A stretch of 64,000 nucleotides of DNA from Savitreella phatthalungensis (taxonomy: Eukaryota). The notes beneath the pieces were generated by a model that worked only from the letters and a program-made list of their open reading frames with translations, did not search any database and had not been told where the DNA came from. Below, one piece after another: positions 10,312 to 21,585 of the stretch (its first letter is position 1; the number at the start of each line of letters is the position of its first letter). The translations under genes and the position numbers were made by a program. The DNA lies in assembly GCA_051599415.1 (NCBI GenBank), contig AP039692.1, positions 558,001-622,000 of the forward strand, given 5' to 3'.

Positions 10312-11979
10312 TTACAGTGTGCTGTGTTCGATTCCTAGCAAGGGTGCCACAAGTTGCTCGAGTACCTGCTTGCCTCCTTTGTTTCTCTGGATGATGGCAA
10401 ATCTGAGGGAGACTTCGAATGTGGTGACGATGACAGAAATGAGGATCAACGCGATCACGATCCATGTGATGCGGTGCATGTTGGAGTCTGCGATCGACTC
10501 TGAGAGAATGTCCAGGAGATCAAAGACGACCTGGCATCGCTGGTTGAGCAAGGTTGTCCGCGTCCGAATCTCCAGGTAGTCTCTGACGGCTGTGTAGAGA
10601 GGATTCAGCGTCGGTTCAGACTCCCAGAAGAAATCAGGCGTGTCGAGAATATTGCTCGACAGGTTGACATCCACACGCAGCTTGAACAGATGGCCAGACA
10701 TCTTCATCACCTGAGCACGTGTCATCTTCAGCTCTCCGGAAGTTGCAAGTTTCTTTGGCACGTTCGCAGCAGATGTCATACTCTCGTCCATTCGCCCTTC
10801 GAAGAATGACAGCTTGACGGACTGTGCGATTGCGTGAGACATGGCCATCTTGACAAAGTGATCGGACGACCGGAGAGTGATCATGTCGTTATAAATACGC
10901 GGCCTGCGCGTGTTTGGACTGTACTCAAAGTGGAATTCCTCCGTCTCGACATCTGTATCGGCAAGTCTGCGTGACATGAGCGTCTTATCTTGCGCGAATG
11001 TAAGATCTGCCAAAATGTTGCGCTCCTGCTTCTCAGAGAAGTTCCAGAACACAATCACGCCGTACGACAGGATGAAGACCTCAGCAACTTTGTATAACGC
11101 AGGGAGATCTTGTGGCTGCGGGTTCGAGTCCCGACGACTTACCTGTCGACGCTCTTCTGCCGGCTCCTCTGATCCCACCAGTTCCTCGTCTAGGGCTTCC
11201 GAGCTCAGCGGCCGTTCATCCCCACCAGCATCAGGCTCCATGTAGACGTGATCACGCGCTTCTGCTGCGTCAGCCTGCCTGTCGAGCACAGACTCTCCCT
11301 CTGACGTCCGTAGCGCCGGACTACTGCGCACCCGGGACCTGTCCTCGTGGCCTGACAGAAGAGGCAGGTAGTATGCCGCATACAGCAGATCGTCGTAGAT
11401 GCGCGGTCTGACCTCGTGGTGTGAACGCAGGAACGCTGTAGTCTTCTGAATCCTGAACGAGTCAGCCACACAATATGCTGTCACTCTAGGCAAGTGCCGC
11501 TCGTCACGCCGCTCTTTCGTCAGCCTCTCTGCAATCGACCTGCGAGACCTACTGAACGTCGACATCCTGTCTTCATCGATACCACCGCCGCTCGCGCCGG
11601 GCGGTGAGTCATCGTCGCTGTCGTCCTGTGGCAGAGAGCCATATGATTCTGGGATGAAGACGACCTTCTCGCTTGTTTTGGTGGTACGCTGTGGTTGTCT
11701 TGCTTGAATCTGTGAGGGCGGTGCGCCTTTGCGGACTTGTGGGGGCGCGCCGGCGAATGTGACCGCTGGCGTACGTTTCCGAGCTGACGGTACCTGATCC
11801 ACATTTGCCAGAAGACTGTCCATCGAGATGTTCTTCAGCCGACCTGCGGGAAGCTGGATACCTGGCAGTGGATTCCGTCTACCACGGTTATCACTAGCAG
11901 GTCGACCACTCCGGTCGCCGCCAGATCTGTCACCCATACCACTACCTGCGCCATTCCCACTCGAGCTTGCGCGACGCAT
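10312..11979 (-). CDS. RMD1/RMD8 family (DUF155) sporulation protein, likely Rmd8-type
   Basis: PRVTAYCVA..., FILSYGVIVFWNF, RIYNDMITL, SHAIAQSVKLSFFE, NILDTPDFFWE, YLEI..R..LLNQR and a C-terminal TM segment. Confidence 0.88.
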   Translation of the reverse strand: MRRASSSGNGAGSGMGDRSGGDRSGRPASDNRGRRNPLPGIQLPAGRLKNISMDSLLANVDQVPSARKRTPAVTFAGAPPQVRKGAPPSQIQARQPQRTTKTSEKVVFIPESYGSLPQDDSDDDSPPGASGGGIDEDRMSTFSRSRRSIAERLTKERRDERHLPRVTAYCVADSFRIQKTTAFLRSHHEVRPRIYDDLLYAAYYLPLLSGHEDRSRVRSSPALRTSEGESVLDRQADAAEARDHVYMEPDAGGDERPLSSEALDEELVGSEEPAEERRQVSRRDSNPQPQDLPALYKVAEVFILSYGVIVFWNFSEKQERNILADLTFAQDKTLMSRRLADTDVETEEFHFEYSPNTRRPRIYNDMITLRSSDHFVKMAMSHAIAQSVKLSFFEGRMDESMTSAANVPKKLATSGELKMTRAQVMKMSGHLFKLRVDVNLSSNILDTPDFFWESEPTLNPLYTAVRDYLEIRTRTTLLNQRCQVVFDLLDILSESIADSNMHRITWIVIALILISVIVTTFEVSLRFAIIQRNKGGKQVLEQLVAPLLGIEHSTL

Positions 11980-12334
11980 CTACTAATGACCGCAGAGACT
12001 ACTACTGACACCGCTTCACAGCAACTCACGTCTCCTGCTTTGACTTGGCATTGAAACACAATGTCATGTACGGAGACGTGGTGGATCGATGATGTAGCAA
12101 GGGCATAAATCGTGGCGTATTTGATCAGATGTGGCGCACTCTCAGAATCTGCTACATCGTGCTAAACTCCAGCTGACTTCATCTGCTAATGTTGAATCGG
12201 CGAGCTTGAGTTGAACTTCGTGCACGGGATCACGGGTACATGCTGGGTAGGTTCCACATCGATACAACTCCGGCCACGCTGCAGAAGAGGATTGATTCTC
12301 GTCACTCCAGCATTCCACGTCGAACGTTCTGCCG

Positions 12335-13243
12335 ATGTCAGTCACTCAGGTGACGTTACCACTGTTGGTGGGACAGGCTCATGGGCCTGCTTTTGCGCGG
12401 CTTGTACAGTCTGCGATTGACGCGCCTGATGTATACGACCTGACGTCGTTGGCGCACTCGCCTGAACTGGCACAGCTTGATAGTGCGATACGGACACCCC
12501 TGCAGCTGCTTTTAGGAGGGACTTATACCGACTATGCACGAGGAATGCCGTCTGACCTGACACTGTCGGCCACAGCATTGGAAAAGCTTCGTCGCTTGAC
12601 ACTTGTCACGCTCGCCGGTCAAAGCTCCAAACACACATACGTGGCAGTAATAGAGGCGACCGGAGTCGAAGACTCGGCCGCACTCGAGAAACTCCTGATT
12701 GATGCCGCCTATGACGGCCTCGTTGACGTTCGGATTAATGCTCGGGACGAAAACGTTACACTAGCAGCTTTGCAGCCACGGCATGCTTCCAGCATGGCAT
12801 TGTCAGGGAACTCACCCTCCACAGATACGCTGTCGAGCATCGTTGCTGCACTCGACGGGTGGCAAGCGCAATGCTCACGGATCGCCGCTGACTTGGATGC
12901 CCAGGTGAACGCTATTTACGAGAGTGTACGCCACAGAAAGCTGGACGAGCACCGCCACGTGCAAGCTGTTGCCACTGCCAAGGCTGGAGCAAATGGGTTG
13001 AGCTCCGTCGGACTAGGTGGTCCACGTGCTGGTGCTGCCAATCCGGGCTCTATTCCTGGAGCAGGACAAAGCATTGGCACCGGGTCATCAGCCGCGGATT
13101 CTTCACTCTCACGTTCCAAGCGTGCCAAGGCCACCTCGTCCTCCGACCACTCGGACGAAGGCGAAGTTGAGGGTCAGGCGAGCGCAGGCGAAGGCGCTTG
13201 TGCAGCTGGTCGAAAGCGTAAAAGCAGCGTCCGCCGTCAATGA
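12335..13243 (+). CDS. CSN7: COP9 signalosome subunit 7-like PCI-domain protein
   Basis: LVQSAIDAPDVY..., LQLLLGGTYTDY, LEKLRRLTLVTLA, LEKLLIDAAYDGLV, followed by a coiled-coil-like segment. Confidence 0.75.
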   Translation: MSVTQVTLPLLVGQAHGPAFARLVQSAIDAPDVYDLTSLAHSPELAQLDSAIRTPLQLLLGGTYTDYARGMPSDLTLSATALEKLRRLTLVTLAGQSSKHTYVAVIEATGVEDSAALEKLLIDAAYDGLVDVRINARDENVTLAALQPRHASSMALSGNSPSTDTLSSIVAALDGWQAQCSRIAADLDAQVNAIYESVRHRKLDEHRHVQAVATAKAGANGLSSVGLGGPRAGAANPGSIPGAGQSIGTGSSAADSSLSRSKRAKATSSSDHSDEGEVEGQASAGEGACAAGRKRKSSVRRQ

Positions 13244-15978
13244 AGCCCTGGGTTGACTCTGAGAACGACGACTGCTGAAGGTCTCATATCACACCTGCTT
13301 TTGTCTGCTAGTCAGCGCAGACACACAAACACACATGACTCCTATTTGATGAATGAAATACGATATCAAGATCGATTGATTGAACAATTCACCAGCAACT
13401 GCAAGGTGCATCATGCACCGGTTTAAGATTAATCGCAGCAGCTGTCTAGATCGTGTATTCAGCTGGCAAACATGTGTCGAGTGGCTGTAGCAACGGTGAT
13501 GCGAGATGAAGTCAACACGATAAAATTAGATCGGACCGGAAGTATCTCGACGGAACATCTCGAATGGGACACAACCGGGAGCTAAGGTACCACGGAAATC
13601 CAACGGTAAACCATGCTGATCATGACGAGAATCTCAAATGTCGAGAGCAAACCCGAGAAATCTCCCGCGGAACCGCTGTCCTGGTCAGATTGACTGGAAG
13701 ATATATTGAGCGAAGTGCTCTCGTTTTCAAACCTGCCACACTCGAAGCATATTTCGAAAATTTGGTAAGGCCGCGACTCGGGAAATTACCAATGTAAAGC
13801 AGCCAACGGGCGCTTCAACGGTCAATCTCCCAATTTCACTGTATTCAAGTTTAACAGTTGGGAAAATTGTAAAAATGGCAGTCTTAGAAAGCGGATCTCT
13901 TCCCGTCGGTATAGAATGCTAAATTTACGCAAAGTCACATAGCACCTCTTGGTGCAAATTTGACGCTATTGAGATATGCTCGAGCTGAAATCGACCATGA
14001 ATCTCTTGATTGAACAAATCTCGGCCGTAGCCAAGCTTTCACCATAGTCGCCAGATCTTTTACCCGTCATATATTCAGGATACAGTGTCGCTCTCACGAA
14101 GTATTCTCGCAGCGGTCACATGCTGATCCGCTCAACCGGTATATCTGCCAGGCAGACTTTTTAAGTTTGTTACAATGAGCTTGCGGACCTAATCGTCAAG
14201 CATCATCCTAGTTGGCTGAGATTGCCGTAGACCTCAGGTGTCGAGGACTATGGAAGAGCCTTATGTGACCAGCCTCGCCTGAATCTTGAAGTGCTTTTCT
14301 AATTTACTTGCCACGAGATGGGAATTTCGTCAGGTAAGCGGCTAGCCACGCGATTCATCGGTACCTCAAGCGAAGACGACCTCGTGAGAGAAACGAGGAT
14401 CTCTTTGCCATGCACAGTGACGTGATGGAAAATCTATGCCCAACTCTGTACATGCCAATGACGAATGCACTTATGCGACTAGGACCCTGAAACTGCACTC
14501 CTTGTAAGATCAACAAAAATGGCTAGGGCTCCGTTGGCTGTCCTCCAAAATATCCCTGCATCATGGGAAATGCAGGGGAGTGTAGTCAATTCCAGGTGAA
14601 CCTCTGTTGTCTCGACTTCTGAACCGAGGGTTACGTAGTCATCCAGTTGAAATGGGTGATGTTCAGCATGCAGCGAATGAATTTTAAAGCTTCTAGTCGA
14701 TATCGTACAGGCTGGCATTCAGTGAATGAGCTGTATCACGCATCGCCAGTACGGCCTTCAGTCTATCGTGCTTTAATTGAGCCAAAGATGGGTTCCATCT
14801 TGCTAATCGTGGTCAAATGGTTTGGTTTAGAGAAATGCAAGATACATCGTGAGGAATGTAAGTGGTTGCGAATGTTTCTCGATCTGTCCAAGGTATAAAT
14901 TTAAATTTGTGGCTTTGATGTGCTGAATTGTTTCATCTCAGCTGCGAGTCTTGGGCTGCATGGATGCCAAGGAAATTCAATCTGGGACACCCTGGTCTTC
15001 TAAATTCTCTACCTTTGGCTTGCCATCGCATTTCGATCTCAAATCAACCTTTGAGATATCAACATTGATTTTCTGCAATGACTTCGATATCAGTTGACCT
15101 CCAGCAGATATTGCAATCTACTTGTTTCAAGGAGTTAAGACTGAATTCACCCGAGCGCCATTGTTTACCTTTGTTGCACCTTTCACAGCTATAGCTTGGC
15201 TACTCAATTTCCGACAAGTGGTTTCCATTTCACTCACACGCGCTCTCATATGGGTTCCCAATGAGAAGAGGTCTAAATCAAGGGAGAGCGGGAGGTCCGA
15301 GTGGAAGAAGGTCCGTGCAAGGCGCCTGTGCTTCTAGGTCACGGCAATTGACTTCATACTCGAGTGCGGACTTCACTCAAACAAACATGGCCTCTCAGCA
15401 GTCTTCGAGGCTCCGAGCTATAGTCTAGAGGAGGTGAAAGAATAACAGGGTGACTTGAACGCTGGATGACATTGTTCACAACACTGCGGATCTCTGCCTC
15501 TCTCAATCTCTCGTTCTCTCACTTGCTCAGTGATTCTGTCACCTGGCACTCGCATTCGCACTCGCAACAACCCTACCAACCTTCCCGGAACAACGCCTCC
15601 ATTCCCCGGCCAAGCATCCTGACAGACCTCTTCCAATAGCACCTACTCTGCCCTACTCTCGTCTGCTCATTCGTTTGATAAAACACTCGACCGTCGCACT
15701 TTGAAGACTCTTCAGGCAACACATCAATCCGACCCACACTCTCTAACACCACCACGCTCTCTCAAGCAGCTTAACCCCTTGCGTCGCTCCTTCTCTTACG
15801 CGACTCACTCGGAAGCATCTCAGTTCAGCTCAGGTCAACACATCGATAACGAACGACAAGTATCCATCGGTGATCCTCGTCTCACAGTCAGCATTCGGGT
15901 AACGACAGTCTTTTCCTTCGATAAAGACTACCCTCTCACCTTCTCTCTATCTTCAGCACCACTACCAACAGCATCATC

Positions 15979-16959
15979 ATGCAGTACACCACTCTTCTCG
16001 CGCTGGCCGCGGCTTCAGTCCATGCGCTTCCCAGCCTAAAGCACGACCACCACTTCCAGCATGCCAAGCGCGATGCTGAGGCAGCACCTGGATACGATAC
16101 CTCCAACGTTGACTGGAAGCAGGCTCTCAAGAACGTTGACTGGTCAAAGGTCAACTTCAACCTCGTCCAGGGCTCTTCTTCGGTCACCAACGTCGACAAG
16201 ACTGTCACTGTCGCTGTCGTCGGCACTGCTCCTGCCACCACCTTGAGCTCGGCAGTCAAGCCCGCAAACAATGCTGCACCAGCTACAACTCCCGCTACGA
16301 CACCTGCTGCCACAACACCTGCAACGACACCGGCAGCAGCAGCAACCACCTCGACCACCACACCTGCGGCCGCAGGTGCCACAACACCCGCATCAAACGG
16401 ACTCTGGATGACACCATCTGCGTCTGAGTATGCCATCACCGTCGTCAACAACTGTCCCTACACCATCTGGCAGGCCGGCTGGCAAACAAACAAGGCCGGT
16501 GCACTGATTGCCGACGCTGTCAAGGGCAACACCATGCTTGCTGGCTCCAAGATCAACCTGGCCATCCCGAAGAAGGCTTTCGGTGTCCAGATTTGGGGTC
16601 GCACCGGCTGCACTGGTTCCGGTTCATCGTTCCACTGCTCAGTGGGCGACTGCCAGGGTTACCAGTGCTCTTCGATCATCTGGCAGGACGGACCTGTGCT
16701 TGCGGAGTTTGGCTCTGGCTTGGACAACTCGATCTACAACACTGACATCACGGCGTACGACATCTCCGCCATCCCAGGCAACAACCTCGGCGTCAAGATC
16801 GAGCCTTCCATCACATCCTGCCAGACAAAGTACTGCCCAATCTCGGGATGCTCAAATGACCAGGCATGGCACCTCGCGTCCGACATGGACCTAGGCTCAC
16901 CAGCAGACACCATCTGCAGCAACGCCGCCAACTTTGTCGTCACCTTCTGCCCAGCATAG
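15979..16959 (+). CDS. Secreted thaumatin-like protein with pro-peptide and T/P/A-rich linker
   Basis: Signal peptide, KR-DAEA site, TPA repeats, then ITVVNNCPYTIW...IWGRTGC...CSVGDC...LAEF...YDIS...VTFCP. Confidence 0.85.
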   Translation: MQYTTLLALAAASVHALPSLKHDHHFQHAKRDAEAAPGYDTSNVDWKQALKNVDWSKVNFNLVQGSSSVTNVDKTVTVAVVGTAPATTLSSAVKPANNAAPATTPATTPAATTPATTPAAAATTSTTTPAAAGATTPASNGLWMTPSASEYAITVVNNCPYTIWQAGWQTNKAGALIADAVKGNTMLAGSKINLAIPKKAFGVQIWGRTGCTGSGSSFHCSVGDCQGYQCSSIIWQDGPVLAEFGSGLDNSIYNTDITAYDISAIPGNNLGVKIEPSITSCQTKYCPISGCSNDQAWHLASDMDLGSPADTICSNAANFVVTFCPA

Positions 16960-17469
16960 AGGTCCAGAAAGAGTGCCTTGTTTGTAGAGCTTACGAGACT
17001 TTCCTCCCTCCGCCTCCCCTTCATCCTTTTCGAGGTCTTTTACCCAATTACCCTTTTACCCTTTTTCTAAGTGATTCAGTCTTTTTCTCATCGTTCTTCT
17101 CGTTGATTGAACTAGCTGTATGTACTGTACCCATCTAGTGACATTGACCTACAGTATTGCATGGGCTGTATTTGAAGCAATCGATCTGACTCACCGGATG
17201 GAGGAAAACATTCAATGTATACTGTCCTTTGTCCTGAAGATCTACTGTGGTTTGCTGAGCACCAATGCATGATCCAGTTCAATCGGTAGGTTCTGTGTGG
17301 ACAGGTGGGCTGGAGTGTACACGTGTATCTCCTCTCTCCTCTTTCGAGATCTTCTCAATTGTTGAGTGAATGCTTGCATATGGATTCAGTCAGTCAGTCA
17401 GCTATGCTGAATGCCTGCATCTGGAAATCTTAATTGTCTTATGACCTCATCCTGTGTGTGAACGTGTAC

Positions 17470-17565
17470 GAGAGAATGTGAGGGAGAAAGAGAGAGCAAG
17501 AGAGGGAGAATAAGAGAGGGTGAAGAAGAGAAGGAGAAAGGAAGAGAGAGAGAGAGAGAAATAGA
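17470..17565. repeat. GA-rich polypurine microsatellite
   Basis: Run of gagagaaagagagagc...gagagagagagagagaaa. Confidence 0.8.
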
Positions 17566-17794
17566 GTCGAGACCGAACCAATTCCAGAATCAGACTACCT
17601 GTCACACAGCAAAGGTGAATCAATTCATTAACATTTACGAATACACGTACAATTGGGAAAAAGTAGATAGCTCAGAGTAGTCCAGTAGAATATATATTGT
17701 TTATACGTTGAATGATGAGTGGAAAAATGACGTCTTTAGCCGCGGAAACGAATTCAACAAATCATCAAATTAACTTCGTTTACCCAATCCCCTT

Positions 17795-18075
17795 CCTCCC
17801 ACACGCACACACACTCTTTCACTCTTTCGCTCTCTCTCTCTCTCACTCACTCACTCACTCACACACTCACACACAAACTCACTCTCGTACATACTCTCCT
17901 CCCATTGAGTCACTTCAACAATGACATATATGCAACTCACCCATTCCACAACAACGGCAAACCTTACCGACCACACCATCACTCTCACACACTCCCTCAC
18001 ACACCCTCACACACCCTCACACACTCCCACATACTCGCTCGCATACATCCTTTACCCTCTCGAGTCTCACACACA
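17795..18075. repeat. CT/CA/CACT low-complexity tract upstream of the MBOAT gene
   Basis: ctctctctctctctcactcactcactcactcacacac... and ctcacac repeats. Confidence 0.75.
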
Positions 18076-18492
18076 CTCAAACCAAAGTCACACAATACGT
18101 TGACTTTCATCCCCTCCTCCAGTCACACTCATCGGCCCCGCTCAACCTAGGAGGTGAGACGCTTATTGCTCTCATTTCACTCACACTTACCCGCCCGCAC
18201 GTCACAACTCACCCCACCCTCACCACAACCTGAAACACCAAGTGTCTCGGTATTTACGTTGTACACCGAGACCGTCGCACCATCAGTCCTTCAATCACTA
18301 GGCAACCATCCTCATCGGCTAAAGTGCTCACCCTCCATCGCTCTCTCCACTGTCCATCAAAGCCGTTCCTCAGCCGTCCATCTCGGAAGCACAAGGGCAA
18401 ATAAAAGGCGCATTCCTAGCACTCAAGATCTCTGTGGACACAGGTCATTGCATCCCAATCGCCCCCATCTAGCCTTCTGCGTCATATAAACG

Positions 18493-19761
18493 ATGTCTTT
18501 CGGGATGCAGCACCCATTCCTCGATCGCTACGCTCATATCAACACCTTTCCGGACCTTCGAAGCCTTCGAAATTTCCGTAATTTCAATCTGTCTGCTGCC
18601 CAAAAACGATTCATCACCGCCTGGTCCAATCCCATCACCTATATTCGATACTCGCCCCTCCTATTCGGCCTGGTATTCCTCCTAATCGCGAATGGCTTGC
18701 TCCTCTACCGCAGGGAGAACCGGCTTGCACAAGCTGCACGGATCTTCTTCGCTGTGGCGACGATCTTGATCGGCTTTGGCGGCACCTACATCGCCCAGCC
18801 AAAGTCTTTCGTCATGGACATGGCGTTCAGGGCGATTGGAATCCAGCTCGCCTGCATCGCAGCATCCATGCACATCGTCCGAGGACGCAACCCGCCCACG
18901 CCACAGTACCGCGACTTCACAGGAATCCCAATGCCGAAGGAAGGCGACTGGATCAACGGCCTCCTCTACGCAATCAGGCTCACGTGCAAGGTTCGAATGG
19001 AGGATTTCGACACCTCCGTCGTCGATGCCAGACGATTCACAGGTCGACCATGGCTACAGTGGATTGTGACTGCAGGAGTCACGACGGTCGCGAGGAAGAT
19101 GGTCGAATCGGCAGAAGTCAGAGATAGGTTGGGACCGTTCTTGACGGACGTCGTTACGTTCTTCTATGGCTTCGGCTGTCTACATGCCGGTTTCATCCTC
19201 ATGAACTTTTTCATTCCCATGTACAGGGAGCTGCCCATCTTCGAGCGGCATTTCCTCACCGCGCCTTCACTCCCCAGATTCTGGTCACACCACTGGCATC
19301 AGCTCTGGGGACACCCGATCCGATATCTCGGTTTCAAGCCCGGGCGCGCCCTCACAGGCGGCTCACGCTGGGGTGGCTGGATCGGCGCGATGGCATTCTC
19401 CGGCTTCTTCCACTGGTTTATCGTCTTTGCCCTCCAGCAGCCAGGACTGCCGTTTCGCACGTTCCTCTACTTCACCCTCCAGGGCGTCTTCATGGGCGTA
19501 GACTCGGCCATCTGGGGAGCAAGTCCGAAGGGTGAGACCCCTGGAGAACGATCAAACGACCCAACCACGAGAGACAAAGTCTCAAGGGAGGAACAACTGG
19601 ACAGGTGGATCTCTTCCCTCATAAGGCGAGCATTCCTCTGGGCAACCTTGCTCATCCCAGGAGCTCTTCTCATCGTCCCCTACTTCCCGCCAGCGCCCTT
19701 GAAAGCAGGTGCGGCAGATATCAATTGGCTTGTCCAGAACTTTGCCTTCGGTGAGTTGTAA
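18493..19761 (+). CDS. Membrane-bound O-acyltransferase (MBOAT_2, wax synthase/Tri7-like)
   Basis: Multi-TM protein with APSLPRFWSHHWHQ and AFSGFFH (candidate catalytic His). Confidence 0.85.
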   Translation: MSFGMQHPFLDRYAHINTFPDLRSLRNFRNFNLSAAQKRFITAWSNPITYIRYSPLLFGLVFLLIANGLLLYRRENRLAQAARIFFAVATILIGFGGTYIAQPKSFVMDMAFRAIGIQLACIAASMHIVRGRNPPTPQYRDFTGIPMPKEGDWINGLLYAIRLTCKVRMEDFDTSVVDARRFTGRPWLQWIVTAGVTTVARKMVESAEVRDRLGPFLTDVVTFFYGFGCLHAGFILMNFFIPMYRELPIFERHFLTAPSLPRFWSHHWHQLWGHPIRYLGFKPGRALTGGSRWGGWIGAMAFSGFFHWFIVFALQQPGLPFRTFLYFTLQGVFMGVDSAIWGASPKGETPGERSNDPTTRDKVSREEQLDRWISSLIRRAFLWATLLIPGALLIVPYFPPAPLKAGAADINWLVQNFAFGEL

Positions 19762-19778
19762 AATGTACACATAGCGAA

Positions 19779-20768
19779 TTACATGAATGCGCCACACAGA
19801 GCCTCGTACACCCAGAAGATGGCCGCGTTACTCGGTGCAGCTCTGACCACAGTCACACCCCAGCCCCTGAAGAATCCACGGAATCCTGTCTCCCTGGCCA
19901 TTGTCCTCACCGTCCCTAGAAAGCCTACACCGTGTGTACTCACACCGGTCTGCATCCTCGACTTGACGCTATCTGCGGGGAAAAACAAAGTGTTATAAGC
20001 CACTCCGGCAACAGCACCTGCCATCATCATCTGTCCACTCGTGTTGCCTTCCCGCTTGCTCGTCCCCACAGGTCGGCATGCCCGAAGCGTTTCCTCATAC
20101 ACAGTGAACCAGCACAGCGAGCCACCACTCTCACGAATAAGCGTACCCACCTGTCCCCGCCAGAAGCCAGCAACACCATGCGTCTTCCAAACCTCCTGAA
20201 TAACACCAGCCACGGTGCCGTGTGATCCGCGTGATGTTGTAGTCGCCACCGTATTTAGTGACACAGGATCGGCAAACGCTGGATGCACCTGGATCTTGCA
20301 CTTGACGAGCTCGATTGGCGTTAGAATGAATGAGGTTGCTGCTCCTGAGATTGCGCCTGCTGCCATGATGGTAAGCGTATCATCCTCACCTGCAGTGGTG
20401 AGTCCCCTGGCTGACCTGACCAACTCGCTCGCTCTCGCGAATGCGAAGAACAGCATCGCGTTCTCCGCCATCGCTCCCACCAACGGTGCAGACAGACCCC
20501 GGTACAACCCCCACCACCCATCACGCCCACGGACACTCTGGCGGAAGCAATCGACAGCGCCCTCATACCGCCGCTCGCCCGAAGGCTGTGACTGCAGTCG
20601 CACCTTCACAGTGTCAAACGGGTACTCGATCACCTTGCCAACCATACCAGAAATACTCCCAAAGCAGATCTCCAGTCCACCAGTCCACAAGGGAGATCTA
20701 ACTTTCTGAGACCCTGAAGGACCGTCTATTGCGACCACACCATCCGCCCCAGTCATCGAGCCGTCCAT
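19779..20768 (-). CDS. ORT1: Mitochondrial carrier, ornithine transporter Ort1/AmcA-like
   Basis: Three carrier repeats PFDTVKVRLQ, PIELVKCKIQ, PADSVKSRMQ; GAMAENA, RESGG and RAAPSNA contact motifs. First ATG at 20768 (the track start is a TTG). Confidence 0.85.
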   Translation of the reverse strand: MDGSMTGADGVVAIDGPSGSQKVRSPLWTGGLEICFGSISGMVGKVIEYPFDTVKVRLQSQPSGERRYEGAVDCFRQSVRGRDGWWGLYRGLSAPLVGAMAENAMLFFAFARASELVRSARGLTTAGEDDTLTIMAAGAISGAATSFILTPIELVKCKIQVHPAFADPVSLNTVATTTSRGSHGTVAGVIQEVWKTHGVAGFWRGQVGTLIRESGGSLCWFTVYEETLRACRPVGTSKREGNTSGQMMMAGAVAGVAYNTLFFPADSVKSRMQTGVSTHGVGFLGTVRTMARETGFRGFFRGWGVTVVRAAPSNAAIFWVYEALCGAFM

Positions 20769-20825
20769 GGTCTTTTGTGATGAGTGCAAGTATACGGTGG
20801 ATGTGTTGTGAGCAGCAATAGAGGG

Positions 20826-20834
20826 TTATCTGAT
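20826..20834 (-). promoter_or_regulatory. Perfect ATCAGATAA iron-repressor-type GATA box upstream of the ornithine carrier
   Basis: Plus-strand ttatctgat, about 60 bp upstream of the ORT1 ATG. Confidence 0.5.
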
Positions 20835-21585
20835 GATCAGTCTAAGGTAGCACGGGGATTGAACAGTATAGAACATCGTTAATGGAGAAGCAAGGTACGC
20901 CAATATAATGGTTCTCCTAAGGGGTCAATGTACAGGAGAGTGACCTGACGTGAGTTTGACCAAGGCGATTGGAGGTCGGAGAGTGCAAGTGACGTTATGA
21001 GGGTATAGAACGGAGGGTGGTAGTCTTGTACGACATGAGCGAGCAGCTGTGAAGAACAATTGTTCTGTGACACGTGCATTTAAGAATGGGAAATTCTTTG
21101 GGCTTGGCATTCACTGGTACACGTGCAATTCTCAAGTACACGCACGGGCTGCACTATACTAACCATAAACACAGGAGTCAGAAGACATATCCATCCTAAC
21201 CCTCATCCCAAGCAGCAAGTAACAGAGACACTACAGCCTACAACAAGTCAATCAGCTAGATCATTCAGTCGCTCATCTCAGTCAGATCTTTGAAGCGCAT
21301 CGAATAATCATCGTCATCATTCAAGCGCAAGTTATTCTAGTTCCAGATTACAGCACAGAGTCACGCGTCTGCCAACATCGTTCTCACCACCCTCCCGCAA
21401 CATTTCTCTCTCTCTGACACATCGCTGTCGCAGATTTCATTCCCAGGAACGTATCTATCTCTTGGATCATCTATAGGAATCAGCTCTGTCAGAATCGATC
21501 CCTTTCTGCGCTTCGGCTGGCTTAAAACCCTCAACGACTTGACCCTGTCAATCTCCCATAATCCACTCAGCTCTCTACTTCCTCG

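Noticed and set aside
10321..10350. tRNA-like GTTCGATTCC...GCCA
   Set aside because: The T-stem and acceptor stem do not pair, and it lies inside the RMD8-like CDS.
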